From: Minisyncoccia bacterium
Lineage (GTDB): Bacteria > Patescibacteriota > Minisyncoccia > Phycocordibacterales > PALSA-1337
Length of the DNA stretch: 64,000 bases
Direction of reading: 5' to 3'
NCBI GenBank assembly: GCA_049997795.1
Contig: JBEKVT010000001.1
Location: 101,067-165,066, forward strand
In this document: piece after piece, positions 17,659 to 26,650 of the stretch
Numbering within the stretch: position 1 is the first letter of the stretch
Layout of the letters: every line of letters starts with the position of its first letter
Made by a program: the position numbers and the translations under genes
The notes under the pieces: generated by a model
Databases searched by the model: none
The model's input: the letters and a program-made list of their open reading frames with translations, nothing else
Told to the model about the DNA's origin: nothing

Positions 17659-18984
17659 CTATTTCTCACCACTGCTGGTAGGCTGCTTCGGCACTGACAT
17701 GTCCAAGGACAAGTCCTTGGCTGCTTTCGCCGTCAGCAGATTGATGAGGTCGACCGCACCAGAACCGGCGTTGCTGCCGGAACCAGTGTTGCTGCCCGCC
17801 ATAAAGATGCTGGGCACCCACGGGCCTTGGTGATTCTGAATCGCCACGGCGTACGCTTTGTTGACCTCGATGTAAGCATTCAGCTTTATCGCGAGGGCGC
17901 CGTCGGCTTCCATTACGAGCTTCCGACGAGTCGCGTCGCCTTCGCCTTCGAGCGTCTGCTGGCGCTTGTACTGTTCGGCAGCCTGGGCTTTCAGCGTCGC
18001 CACGGAGAGATCTCGCTGTGCATTTCTCTGCTGCACATTGTATTCCCGTTCGGCGTCGGTCTCGGCTACGGCCTTCTGCTGCTGGGCCTTGGTGACTTCG
18101 GTCGCCTTGATGACTTCCTGTTCCCACTTGGCCTTGGCGGCGTTCGCCTCGCCCTGCTTGGCGACAGTGATCGCATTCTGCTCAGCGGTCTTGGACTGGG
18201 CGATGGCCGTCTGCACGTCCATGATCGCCTTTTGCTGGGCTTGAATCTGCTGTTCCACCGTGTCGCCATATTTGACTTCATTGATGGAGAGGTTGAAGAC
18301 CTTGACGCCGAATTCCTTGAGCGGGGATTCCTCCTCGCGCACGAAGTTCCCGTCCGGTCCCTTCAACGGCTCGACGAATTTGATCGTCTTCTTCTGGCCG
18401 GTGAGAAGGTCGTCCGTCAGCACATCCTTGGAGGCCGTGCGATAGACGCCGTTGACCTGCTGGTCATAGATGAGGCTCAACAGATCGTTACGCCGGGTGG
18501 CGTAGGATTCCGCCGAGGACATCAATGGTCCTGTCATGTAGAGGCTTTTCTCCAGGTTGGTCCTGATCAGCTGCTGTTCCACCGCCCTCTCGCTGCCATA
18601 CTTTGTGTGGATGAGCGTAAGGTGAGCGGAATCCAGCGGCATTTCCCACGACATGGAACCGGAGATGTGGGCCTCGGCGCCGTCGTTGAAGCGGATCTTG
18701 ACCGCCTCGTTCTGCGCACTGCCCTGGTCGGGCTTTGAAGAGAACCAGAACTGCATGCGCTTGTGATATGTCACGACGTGTCCGAGATACTGGAGTTTGA
18801 GCCCCGGCATCGTATACCATTCCAGTTTGCCCGAGATGGGGTGCTGGACGACGACGATCTCGTCGGCGGCAACGTGAGTGAACGAGCGAGTGAGGACGAA
18901 GAGGCCAATGAGCACACCTACGACGGTGAGGACAGTGGCCACGATTTTCCGGGTCTGGATTTCCTGACCTGAGGAGTTAGTCAT
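17659..18984 (-). CDS. SPFH/band-7 (flotillin/prohibitin-like) domain protein
   Basis: An N-terminal TM helix, an SPFH-like core and a long Q/A/E-rich coiled coil; 441 aa. Confidence 0.65.
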   Translation of the reverse strand: MTNSSGQEIQTRKIVATVLTVVGVLIGLFVLTRSFTHVAADEIVVVQHPISGKLEWYTMPGLKLQYLGHVVTYHKRMQFWFSSKPDQGSAQNEAVKIRFNDGAEAHISGSMSWEMPLDSAHLTLIHTKYGSERAVEQQLIRTNLEKSLYMTGPLMSSAESYATRRNDLLSLIYDQQVNGVYRTASKDVLTDDLLTGQKKTIKFVEPLKGPDGNFVREEESPLKEFGVKVFNLSINEVKYGDTVEQQIQAQQKAIMDVQTAIAQSKTAEQNAITVAKQGEANAAKAKWEQEVIKATEVTKAQQQKAVAETDAEREYNVQQRNAQRDLSVATLKAQAAEQYKRQQTLEGEGDATRRKLVMEADGALAIKLNAYIEVNKAYAVAIQNHQGPWVPSIFMAGSNTGSGSNAGSGAVDLINLLTAKAAKDLSLDMSVPKQPTSSGEK

Positions 18985-19035
18985 GTCTGATTGGGGTTGT
19001 CTGAGTTGAGTTGTGTGTCTGAGGTTGGGACAGAA

Positions 19036-19293
19036 TCAGGATTGCGGTCCTCCAGATTCCGGCTTGGGAGCAGCGGGGGTAGCTTTGGCGCGAGTGGAAT
19101 CGAGTTCCCTCGCGATCCGCTGCTCATCCAGTGTGCCGCGGGCATCCCGGAGTGCCGCCTTGAGTTTGCGGCGGTTTCCCCGGAACATCGGGAACAGCGG
19201 CTTATTCGTCCAGAGCGGAACGGCTATCTGGAAGAATAAGAACGTCAGGAACAGGATCGTTCCTACGGCGACTGACATTTCAGCGAAGTTCAT
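19036..19293 (-). CDS. Small membrane protein upstream of the SPFH gene (NfeD-like partner), hypothetical
   Basis: 85 aa with an N-terminal TM helix, co-oriented with and adjacent to the SPFH gene. Confidence 0.4.
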   Translation of the reverse strand: MNFAEMSVAVGTILFLTFLFFQIAVPLWTNKPLFPMFRGNRRKLKAALRDARGTLDEQRIARELDSTRAKATPAAPKPESGGPQS

Positions 19294-19528
19294 GGCTGAT
19301 TTGGGTTTGGGTTGACAGTACAGGTTGATATTTTGCTTGACTTTCTACCTCGAAATGAGGGAGTCAATCACAGCTCACGAAAAACCAAGGAATCATTGGA
19401 TGGATTTTCCATAAGCTGTGATCGAATCAGCAAACTATTTCAATGATCCTTTTGCGGCAGTATAACAAAAGTAATACTATTTGTCAATAGTTCCATTGAC
19501 ATTGTTAAAAAATCATGAAATCGGGAAT

Positions 19529-19550
19529 GGAAAAAGGACGCCGGGCGTCC
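19529..19550 (-). terminator. Intrinsic terminator after ssrA
   Basis: ggacgcc-cgg-gcgtcc followed by TTTTTCC on the minus strand. Confidence 0.5.
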
Positions 19551-19558
19551 TTAAGAAC

Positions 19559-19924
19559 TGGTGGAGATGGCGGGAATCGAACCCGCGTGCAATCGAAGCG
19601 AACCGGACGGTTCTACGGCGGTAGTCAGGTTTGATGTCTGACGGCCGTGCTCGAAACGAGACAAAACACATGGCCGCGATCTCTTTGATTCGGATGGCGG
19701 AGTGAGAAGCTCCGCCGCCCTACATCCAGGTTATGACATCGCACTACGGTAAGGATCCCCGTAGATAGACGCGCTCTACTTAAGCGAGAGCGAATGCAAA
19801 GTCCTTCGCTCCGAAATACGGAGAAACGGTTGATTTGGCACTTCAGATTTGGAACGGATTTGCGAGTCATTCCGGCTCGCGCCGCCCGAACGGACGCCGG
19901 CGATTGTCTATGCCGATCATCCCC
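19559..19924 (-). ncRNA. ssrA: tmRNA (ssrA), ~366 nt
   Basis: The 5' end GGGGAUGAUCGGCAUAGAC resembles the tmRNA 5' consensus. The 3' end is tRNA-Ala-like, GGUUCGAUUCCCGCCAUCUCCACCA. The internal tag frame ...GCG AAG GAC UUU GCA UUC GCU CUC GCU UAA gives (A)KDFAFALA*. The ORF-track hits inside this region are spurious. Confidence 0.85.
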
Positions 19925-19936
19925 ATATGCTCTTTG

Positions 19937-20383
19937 TCAACGATCGTTCATTGCCCGTCTCGCCTCCATGGCCGTCTCGCGCTTCTTTATCGCCTGGCGC
20001 TTGTCGTAGCGCTTCTTGCCGCGGGCCACGGCTACCGAGACCTTGACGAGGTGGCCTTTATTATATATCGAAATCGGCACGATTGTCAATCCTTTGCCCG
20101 TTTCGAGCGACGCCAGGCGCGCGATCTCCTTCTTGGAGAGGATGAGCCGGCGGTTCCGACGCGGCTCGTAACCCGGCGGAGTATTCCTTTCCTGATACGG
20201 CGGCACCAGGGCGTTCACCATGAAAGCCTCCCCGCCGCGGACGATGACGTGCGAGCCGTCGAGCGAGCCCTGGCCCTTCTTCAGGGATTTGACCTCGAGG
20301 CCGAGGAGCTCGATGCCCGCCTCGAAGGTCTCGAGGATCTCGTAATCGAACCGGGCCTTCCTGTAGTCGACTAAAACGCTCAC
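19937..20383 (-). CDS. smpB: SsrA-binding protein SmpB
   Basis: The translation from the GTG start matches SmpB (VLVDYRKARFDYEILETFEAGIEL...). The longer track ORF (to 20695) is an artefactual upstream extension that overlaps the divergent cls gene. Confidence 0.85.
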   Translation of the reverse strand: MSVLVDYRKARFDYEILETFEAGIELLGLEVKSLKKGQGSLDGSHVIVRGGEAFMVNALVPPYQERNTPPGYEPRRNRRLILSKKEIARLASLETGKGLTIVPISIYNKGHLVKVSVAVARGKKRYDKRQAIKKRETAMEARRAMNDR

Positions 20384-20408
20384 GGATGATATCGTAACAC
20401 ATATTCCC

Positions 20409-21503
20409 GTGACTTCTCTCACCAAATGGACCTTATACGCCTCGAATGAGGAAGCTTGGACAGCCATGCTCGGGGACTGCTCGCGCGCCAGGAAGTCGAT
20501 CGTCCTCGAGCAATTCATCTTCACCGCCGACGATTTCGGCAAGAGGTTGATCGATGTATGCGCCGAGCGAGCGGCGGCCGGCGTCAAGGTCCGTTTCCTC
20601 TGGGACGCCGCCGGCAGCTTCAGCTTCTTCGGCTCGAACATCGTCGAAGACCTCCGCAAGAAGGGCATCAGGCTCGTCTTCTGGAAGACCCTCATCCCCG
20701 GCTACTTCAAGGTGCCCGACATCCGCTCGTGGTTCCTGCGCAATCATCGCCGGACCTTGGTCATCGACGAGAGCGCGGGATATACCGGCAGCATCTGCGT
20801 CAAAGACGGCATGAGGAATTGGCGGGACACCAACGCCCGCTTCGAGGGACCTGTCGTCCTTTCGATGCAGAACGCCTTCGACCGGATGTGGGCCCGGGCC
20901 CTGAAGCAGAAGCAATTGCCGCCCAAGGATCTGCCGCGCGACCCCGAATTCCGGTATGAGACCAACTATCCCGCTCCCGGTAAGCGGCGGATATACAGGA
21001 GCCTGGTCGAAGCCATCCGCGGCGCGAGCGCCTACATCTACATGACGACGCCTTACTTCGTGCCGACCCGCCGGCTTTCCAGGGTCATCAAGCTGGCGGC
21101 TCATCGCGGCGTGGACGTCCGGCTCATCATCCCCGAGCGGACCGACCACTATCCGGCACTCGATCTCGGCGCCCGGTCGTTCTTCTCCACTCTCCTTTCG
21201 TCCGGGGTGCGCATCTTCCTCTATCCGAACAAGGGCGGCGCTTCTTTGATCCACGGCAAGGCAGTCGTCGTCGACGGCGAATGGGCCACTCTGGGTTCGC
21301 TCAATCTGGACAACGTCAGCCTGCTTTATAACTTTGAAGCGAATATCATCTCAACGGACACGCGCTTCGCCGAAGAGCTTTCGGCCCATTTCGTTCATGA
21401 TATGAACCTATCCAAAGAAGTCGACCCCGATGCCTGGCGCCGGCGGTTCTTCCTGGAGAAGTTGCCGGAGATCGGGATCAGGGTCGTCAGGAAGTTCTTG
21501 TAA
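20409..21503 (+). CDS. Phospholipase D-family protein / cardiolipin synthase-like
   Basis: Two PLD (HKD-type) motifs: a degenerate NHRRTLVIDE and IHGKAVVVDGEWATLGSLNLD; 364 aa. Confidence 0.7.
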   Translation: MTSLTKWTLYASNEEAWTAMLGDCSRARKSIVLEQFIFTADDFGKRLIDVCAERAAAGVKVRFLWDAAGSFSFFGSNIVEDLRKKGIRLVFWKTLIPGYFKVPDIRSWFLRNHRRTLVIDESAGYTGSICVKDGMRNWRDTNARFEGPVVLSMQNAFDRMWARALKQKQLPPKDLPRDPEFRYETNYPAPGKRRIYRSLVEAIRGASAYIYMTTPYFVPTRRLSRVIKLAAHRGVDVRLIIPERTDHYPALDLGARSFFSTLLSSGVRIFLYPNKGGASLIHGKAVVVDGEWATLGSLNLDNVSLLYNFEANIISTDTRFAEELSAHFVHDMNLSKEVDPDAWRRRFFLEKLPEIGIRVVRKFL

Positions 21504-21514
21504 GACGCCTGCGC

Positions 21515-21542
21515 AATAAAAAGCCGCGACGGGAGTCGCGGC
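21515..21542 (-). terminator. Intrinsic terminator (gccgcgac-ggga-gtcgcggc + TTTTTATT on the minus strand)
   Basis: Read directly from the sequence. It lies downstream of ORF 21558..21839 on the minus strand and just after the cls stop on the plus strand. Confidence 0.45.
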
Positions 21543-21557
21543 TGGGGGCAAACAGAC

Positions 21558-21839
21558 TCAGACCGTTTTACCGTTGACGGTGCCTTCCTTCTTTCGACGG
21601 AAGCGGCGAAGATGCCTCGGTATGTCGGCGGCGGCAGGACCCGCCTCAAGGACCAGCAATAAAATGACAGCGAGGAAAAATGCGGGCCCTACAACATGTC
21701 CCATGATGGATTCCAGAAATCCTAGAAAAGAGCTCATGGATAGAATATTGTTAAAAGGCCGGGAGTTTGTCAATGGTGCCAAAGATAGCTGGGTTTGCGC
21801 CCCCGGACGGCCTATGCTATAAATAACGCCTGTAACCAT
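21558..21839 (-). CDS. Hypothetical small protein
   Basis: 93-aa ORF with a hydrophobic centre. It is supported mainly by the downstream terminator. Confidence 0.3.
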   Translation of the reverse strand: MVTGVIYSIGRPGAQTQLSLAPLTNSRPFNNILSMSSFLGFLESIMGHVVGPAFFLAVILLLVLEAGPAAADIPRHLRRFRRKKEGTVNGKTV

Positions 21840-21856
21840 AATCGTCCGACAATTCG

Positions 21857-22366
21857 TTGGCCATCCGCGTCAAAATCAACCATCAAATCAAGGCGCCTGA
21901 GCTGCGGGTCATCACCGCGGAAGGCGAGAATCTGGGGGTCATGCCGACTGGCAGGGCCCTTGAGGAGGCTCGCTTACGAGGCCTTGATCTGATAGAGATA
22001 TCGCCCATGGCGACGCCGCCCATAGGGAAGATCATGGATTACGGCAAGTACCTTTACGACGACAAGAAGAAGGCGAAGGCGGCCAGATCCAAGACCCAGA
22101 CCACCGACGTCAAGACCGTCCAGGTCAAGATCGGCACCGGCGAGCACGACCTCAACCTGAAGGCCAAGAGGGTATCTGAATGGCTCTCCGAAGGCAATAG
22201 GGTCAAGATAGATCTCTTCCTCGTCGGCCGCTCCAAGTACATGGACTTCAACTTCCTGAAGGAGAGGCTCGAGCGCATCCTGAAGCTCATCACCGTCGAT
22301 TACAAGGTGGCCCAGGACGCCGTCAAGGGACCGAGGGGCCTCACCATATACGTCGAGAAGAAATGA
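21857..22366 (+). CDS. infC: Translation initiation factor IF-3
   Basis: INHQIKAPELRVITAEGENLGV and the following sequence match IF-3. The start is non-ATG (TTG at 21857, or a nearby ATT). Confidence 0.8.
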   Translation: MAIRVKINHQIKAPELRVITAEGENLGVMPTGRALEEARLRGLDLIEISPMATPPIGKIMDYGKYLYDDKKKAKAARSKTQTTDVKTVQVKIGTGEHDLNLKAKRVSEWLSEGNRVKIDLFLVGRSKYMDFNFLKERLERILKLITVDYKVAQDAVKGPRGLTIYVEKK

Positions 22367-22367
22367 C

Positions 22368-22559
22368 ATGAGGAAAACCGTAAAATCATACGCCAAGCGC
22401 CTGAAGGTGACTCGCACCGGCAAGGTGAAGTCGCGCAAGCCCGGCCAGAATCATTTCAACGCCAAGGAGCGCAGCCGCATCGGCATGAACAAGCATCGCC
22501 TGAATGATCAGGTTATGAACAACGACGCCAAGAGCCGTTTTTTGATTAATCTAGGATAA
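22368..22559 (+). CDS. rpmI: 50S ribosomal protein L35
   Basis: A basic 63-aa protein matching the L35 pattern, in the infC-rpmI-rplT order. Confidence 0.8.
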   Translation: MRKTVKSYAKRLKVTRTGKVKSRKPGQNHFNAKERSRIGMNKHRLNDQVMNNDAKSRFLINLG

Positions 22560-22568
22560 ATAACCGCC

Positions 22569-22934
22569 ATGACCAGAGTCAAAAAGGCCGTCCACGCCCT
22601 GAAGAATCGCCGCAATACCTTGCGCCAGGCCAAGGGCTTCCGTTTTCGCCGTTCGAACACCGAGCGGGCCGCCAATGAAGCTCTCATGCATGCCGGAGCT
22701 TACGCTTTCGCCCATCGCCGCGACAAGAAGGGCGTCTTCCGCCGCCTCTGGAACGTCAAGATAAACGCTGCTCTGCGCCAGATCGACGCTTCCTATTCAT
22801 ACAGCAAGTTCATGGGCGCCGCCAAGAAGAAGGGTCTGGCTCTCGACCGCAAATCACTGGCTTACCTGGCAGAATCCAAGCCCGAGGCCTTCAAGAAAGT
22901 AGTGGATAAGGTCGTCGCCGCTCCGGCACGATAG
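22569..22934 (+). CDS. rplT: 50S ribosomal protein L20
   Basis: MTRVKKAVHALKNRR... fits L20; 121 aa. Confidence 0.85.
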   Translation: MTRVKKAVHALKNRRNTLRQAKGFRFRRSNTERAANEALMHAGAYAFAHRRDKKGVFRRLWNVKINAALRQIDASYSYSKFMGAAKKKGLALDRKSLAYLAESKPEAFKKVVDKVVAAPAR

Positions 22935-24288
22935 CCTTCTTGCCTAACTCGTCGTTCAATCGCTGGGCGAGGTGCATCGACGCGCCCGGTTCGCCCATGA
23001 CGACAAATGTCTCCTTCAGTCTGTCGCCGGCCGTCCGGACGAATTCGACCAAGTGGTCGCCGTCCTTGTGGGCCGAATAGCCGTATAAGGTCTCGATCTT
23101 GGCTTTGACTTTGATATTCTCGTGGTTCGCATGGATCCTCTTCGCGCCGTCGGCCAGTTCCCTGCCGAGCGAGCCCGCTGCCTGGTAGCCGACTAGGAGG
23201 ATGGTGCTCTTCGGATCCGGCAGGAAGCGCGCCTCGTGGCTTATGACCCGGCCGCCCATGGACATGCCTGAGCCGGCTAGGATGATCTTGGCGCCTTTCA
23301 TCTTCTCGATGTCCTGCGACTCTTCCCTCGACATGGTGTATTCGAGCCGCGGGAATTTAAAGATATCATCGCCGCGCTTGATCTGCTCCCGGACCTGATC
23401 ATTGAACAAGGCCTCACTTGATCTGTAGATCTCGGTTGCCTTGATGGCCATGGGCGAATCGATGAAGACCGGCACCTTCGGGATCCTGCCCTGCTCGACC
23501 AAGTTGTTCAATTCGTAAAGCAACACCTGGGTGCGGTCGATGGCGAAGGTGGGGATGACCAAGGTGCCACCGCGGCCGAGCGTTTCTTTGATGATCCGTT
23601 CGAATTCCTTGAGGCGTTCCTCTTTCGGCTCGTGATTCCGGTCGCCATAAGTGCTTTCCATTACGAGGTAATCGACATTGCCGACCGCTTCGGTATCGCG
23701 GAGGAGGGGCGCCGGCGAATTGCCGAGATCGCCGGTGAACAGAATCTTCGTCGAGATCGGCATGGAGGCCGGCACGGAGACTTCGACCATGGCCGAGCCT
23801 AGGATGTGGCCGGCGTCTTTCAGGAATATAGAGATGTCGCCTGTCACGTCGAGCCGTTCGTGATACGGCACGGTCTTCCACAAAGGGAAAACCCTCTGCA
23901 CATCGTCGCTGCCGTAAAGAGGCGGCTTGCCGTCTTGCTTGGCTTCGCTCGCGATAATGCCTGCGGCATCGTTCAAGACGAGTTCCGCCAAGGACTTCGT
24001 CTCCGGCGTCGAATAGATCGCCCCCTTGAAGCCTTCTCGGACGAGCTTGGGGATGCGGCCGACGTGATCGAGGTGGGCGTGGGTGACGATGAGGGCCCGG
24101 ATCGAGGCCGGCTCGTACGGGAATGGCTCGCGGTTCTCGTCGAGAGCGACTCTCTCTCCCTGGACCATGCCGCAATCGACGAGGATCTTCGAGCTGGTGG
24201 GCGATTCGAGGAGGAAATTCGCGCCGGTCACGGTGCCGACGCCCGAACAAAAGGTGATCTGCGGTCTTTCATCCATGATACAGTCCAT
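22891..24288 (-). CDS. Beta-CASP family MBL-fold ribonuclease (RNase J / CPSF-like)
   Basis: HAHLDHVG metallo-beta-lactamase motif, beta-CASP-type length (465 aa) and downstream motifs. Confidence 0.65.
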   Translation of the reverse strand: MDCIMDERPQITFCSGVGTVTGANFLLESPTSSKILVDCGMVQGERVALDENREPFPYEPASIRALIVTHAHLDHVGRIPKLVREGFKGAIYSTPETKSLAELVLNDAAGIIASEAKQDGKPPLYGSDDVQRVFPLWKTVPYHERLDVTGDISIFLKDAGHILGSAMVEVSVPASMPISTKILFTGDLGNSPAPLLRDTEAVGNVDYLVMESTYGDRNHEPKEERLKEFERIIKETLGRGGTLVIPTFAIDRTQVLLYELNNLVEQGRIPKVPVFIDSPMAIKATEIYRSSEALFNDQVREQIKRGDDIFKFPRLEYTMSREESQDIEKMKGAKIILAGSGMSMGGRVISHEARFLPDPKSTILLVGYQAAGSLGRELADGAKRIHANHENIKVKAKIETLYGYSAHKDGDHLVEFVRTAGDRLKETFVVMGEPGASMHLAQRLNDELGKKAIVPERRRPYPLLS

Positions 24289-24550
24289 TATAAATCAAAA
24301 ACACCGCCTCAGGCGATGTTCTTGATCGGTTGCGGAAGTACAATCCTGTTTGCACAGGTGGGTGACCTCGCGCGGAACGCCAAGGCGCCCGCGAATAGTT
24401 GGTCTCCCGTAAAAATTTATTTTGTAGATTTATACTCACGCAACCTGAGTATATTCTAGACCTGCTTCCGGCGGGCGCAAGGGGCAAAAACAGTTGCGAC
24501 ACTGATTTGACAGCTGTGGCAAAGTTGACAGCTTACTTTTATCCGCCAGA

Positions 24551-25174
24551 TTATTCCAGGGTGCCGTCCAGATTGACGTCGTAGAGAACCGATTCCTGGA
24601 CGATTTTGTAGTCGACAAGCTCTTCTTTCTTGAACCAGTGGGCGATCTCAGCCTCGGCTTCCTTCACGGAGCCGGAAGCGTGGACGAGATTGCGGAGAGC
24701 ACGGCCGTCGGCGTCGCTCATGCGATAGGAATCGAGCATGTAATCGCCCCGGATGGTGCCGACGTCGGAAGTCAGGGGCTCCGTGCCGCCGGTCAGTTTG
24801 CGCACGATCTCCACGGCATGGGCGCCCTGCCAGACCATGGCGATGACCGGGCCGCTAGTCATGTATCTCGCGAGATTCTTCAGGATTATCTCGGTTATCT
24901 TGAGCGGGTCGGTATGCGGAGGCGTCAAGCCCTTGTCGGTATATCCTTTGATGGTCTTCAGGCCGGTCTTTACGCGCCATTCCGGATCGAGAGTGTAGTG
25001 CTTCTCGATAAGTTCGGCGGTCGGGACCATCATCTTGATGCCGACCAGCTTCAAGCCTATCTGCTCGTAGCGCTTCACGATCTCGCCGATAAGGCTCCTC
25101 TGGACGCCGTCAGGCTTGATGATGACCAGAGTGCGTTCGTGTTTGGGGTGTGCTGCATTCTTCACGTTTTTCAT
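24551..25174 (-). CDS. ndk: Nucleoside diphosphate kinase (with an insertion)
   Basis: ERTLVIIKPDGVQR ... GTIRGD ... HASGS pattern of Ndk. Confidence 0.75.
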   Translation of the reverse strand: MKNVKNAAHPKHERTLVIIKPDGVQRSLIGEIVKRYEQIGLKLVGIKMMVPTAELIEKHYTLDPEWRVKTGLKTIKGYTDKGLTPPHTDPLKITEIILKNLARYMTSGPVIAMVWQGAHAVEIVRKLTGGTEPLTSDVGTIRGDYMLDSYRMSDADGRALRNLVHASGSVKEAEAEIAHWFKKEELVDYKIVQESVLYDVNLDGTLE

Positions 25175-25199
25175 AGACGAGAATGATACAGGAAGCGCT

Positions 25200-25967
25200 T
25201 CACGCCGTCAAAATCTCCGCGTCGCCCTTGGTGATGAGCACGGTATGCTCGAAATGGGCGCTTTGCTTCCCGTCCGCCGCACGATAGGTGTAACCGTCGG
25301 GGTCGAGCTTGATCCTGTGCGTGCCGAGATTAAACATCGGCTCGATGGCGATGACCAAGCCCGGTTTCAAGACTTCCCCGCGGCCCGCTTCGCCGTAATT
25401 CGGCACATAAGGATCCTCGTGGACGCGATAGCCGACGCCGTGGCCGGCGAGCTCTTCGACGATGCCGTACTTCCCCGCCGCGCCGACGCGTTCAATCGCA
25501 TTCGAAATGTCTCCTACTCGCCTGCCGCCCTTGGCTTCTTTGATGCCGGCCATCAAAGCTTCCTTGGTCGTTTTGAGGAGCCTCTCCAATTCAGGCTTGA
25601 TCTTTCCGACGCCGACCGAGACGGCCGCGTCGGTTATCAATCCTTTATGGACGAGGCCGAGATCAAGGCTGACTATGTCGCCCTCTTTCAGGATCTTGTC
25701 TCCTTCGTTCGGGATGCCGTGGACTATCTCGTCGTTAACGGAGACGCAGAGCGAGGCCGGGTATGGCCTCGGCGCGCCCTGGGGTCTGTAATTCAAGAAG
25801 GCCGATCGGTCGCCACCCGCGACAATGAGCTCTTCGGCCTTGGTGTTCAGTTCCGCCGCCGTGACGCCGGGCCTCACCATGCCGGCCAGCTCTCTCAGGA
25901 TGACCGCGTGCCGGCGGCCGCCCTCGCGCAGGATGGCGACGTCTTTCTTGGTCTTTATGGTTATCAT
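25200..25967 (-). CDS. map: Type I methionine aminopeptidase
   Basis: The conserved metal-ligand pattern of MetAP (DxxD, HGIP, GHGVG, E...E). Confidence 0.85.
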   Translation of the reverse strand: MITIKTKKDVAILREGGRRHAVILRELAGMVRPGVTAAELNTKAEELIVAGGDRSAFLNYRPQGAPRPYPASLCVSVNDEIVHGIPNEGDKILKEGDIVSLDLGLVHKGLITDAAVSVGVGKIKPELERLLKTTKEALMAGIKEAKGGRRVGDISNAIERVGAAGKYGIVEELAGHGVGYRVHEDPYVPNYGEAGRGEVLKPGLVIAIEPMFNLGTHRIKLDPDGYTYRAADGKQSAHFEHTVLITKGDAEILTA

Positions 25968-26010
25968 GCTGAAAATCTCCGAACTGCCCGGACGCTCCCT
26001 CGAGGCCCGG

Positions 26011-26604
26011 TCATGAGAGGCCGAGCCGGCTCATGATGTCCTGGTGGATGTCTTCGATTGATCGTTCGCCGTCGATCTTGAGGAAGTGGTATCTCGGATT
26101 AGTGCGGTAATATTCGACAGCCGGGGCAACGTCAGTCTCGTACCAGGCCAAGCGTTTCTTGATCTCTTCGGTGTCGTCATCGAAGCGCTTGCGCAGGAGG
26201 AGGCGCTTCATGGATTCTTCCGGGCTGATGTCGATGTTCAAGACCCACATGGTCTCGATGCCGTAGAAGCCGAAGACGGAATCGAGCACGCCGGCCTCGT
26301 GGAACTTGCGCGGCGTGCCGTCGAAGATGATGTGCTCGCCGCCCTTGTATTTTTCGATGAGAGGCTTTTCCCACATCTGCACGGCCAAAAATTCCGGCTG
26401 AAGGCCGCCGGCCTCGTATATCTCGCGAGCTTTCTTTTGCGTGAATGTATCTCCTTTGATGAAATCCCTGAATCCCTGGCCGGTCTGGACATAGATGATG
26501 TCCCGCGAGGGTTCGGCGCGCCTCAAGGCCTCGTCGAGGAGCTTGACCTGAGTGCCCTTGCCGCAGCCCGAGCGGCCGATGAAGATGTATGCTTGCGGTT
26601 TCAT
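26011..26604 (-). CDS. adk: Adenylate kinase
   Basis: GRSGCGKGTQ P-loop and LID region. The start is taken at MKPQAYIFIG. Confidence 0.85.
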   Translation of the reverse strand: MKPQAYIFIGRSGCGKGTQVKLLDEALRRAEPSRDIIYVQTGQGFRDFIKGDTFTQKKAREIYEAGGLQPEFLAVQMWEKPLIEKYKGGEHIIFDGTPRKFHEAGVLDSVFGFYGIETMWVLNIDISPEESMKRLLLRKRFDDDTEEIKKRLAWYETDVAPAVEYYRTNPRYHFLKIDGERSIEDIHQDIMSRLGLS

Positions 26605-26650
26605 GCGTACATTATAACGCAACGCACGGAAGAAAAGAGTGGCGCGGCTC

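Noticed and set aside
19625-20009. Several small ORFs (81 aa minus, 71 aa plus and others)
   Set aside because: They lie entirely inside the tmRNA gene.
19937-20695. 252-aa version of the smpB ORF
   Set aside because: Only the C-terminal 149 aa match SmpB. The upstream extension runs antisense through the start of the divergent PLD-family gene. A GTG start at 20383 gives a canonical SmpB.
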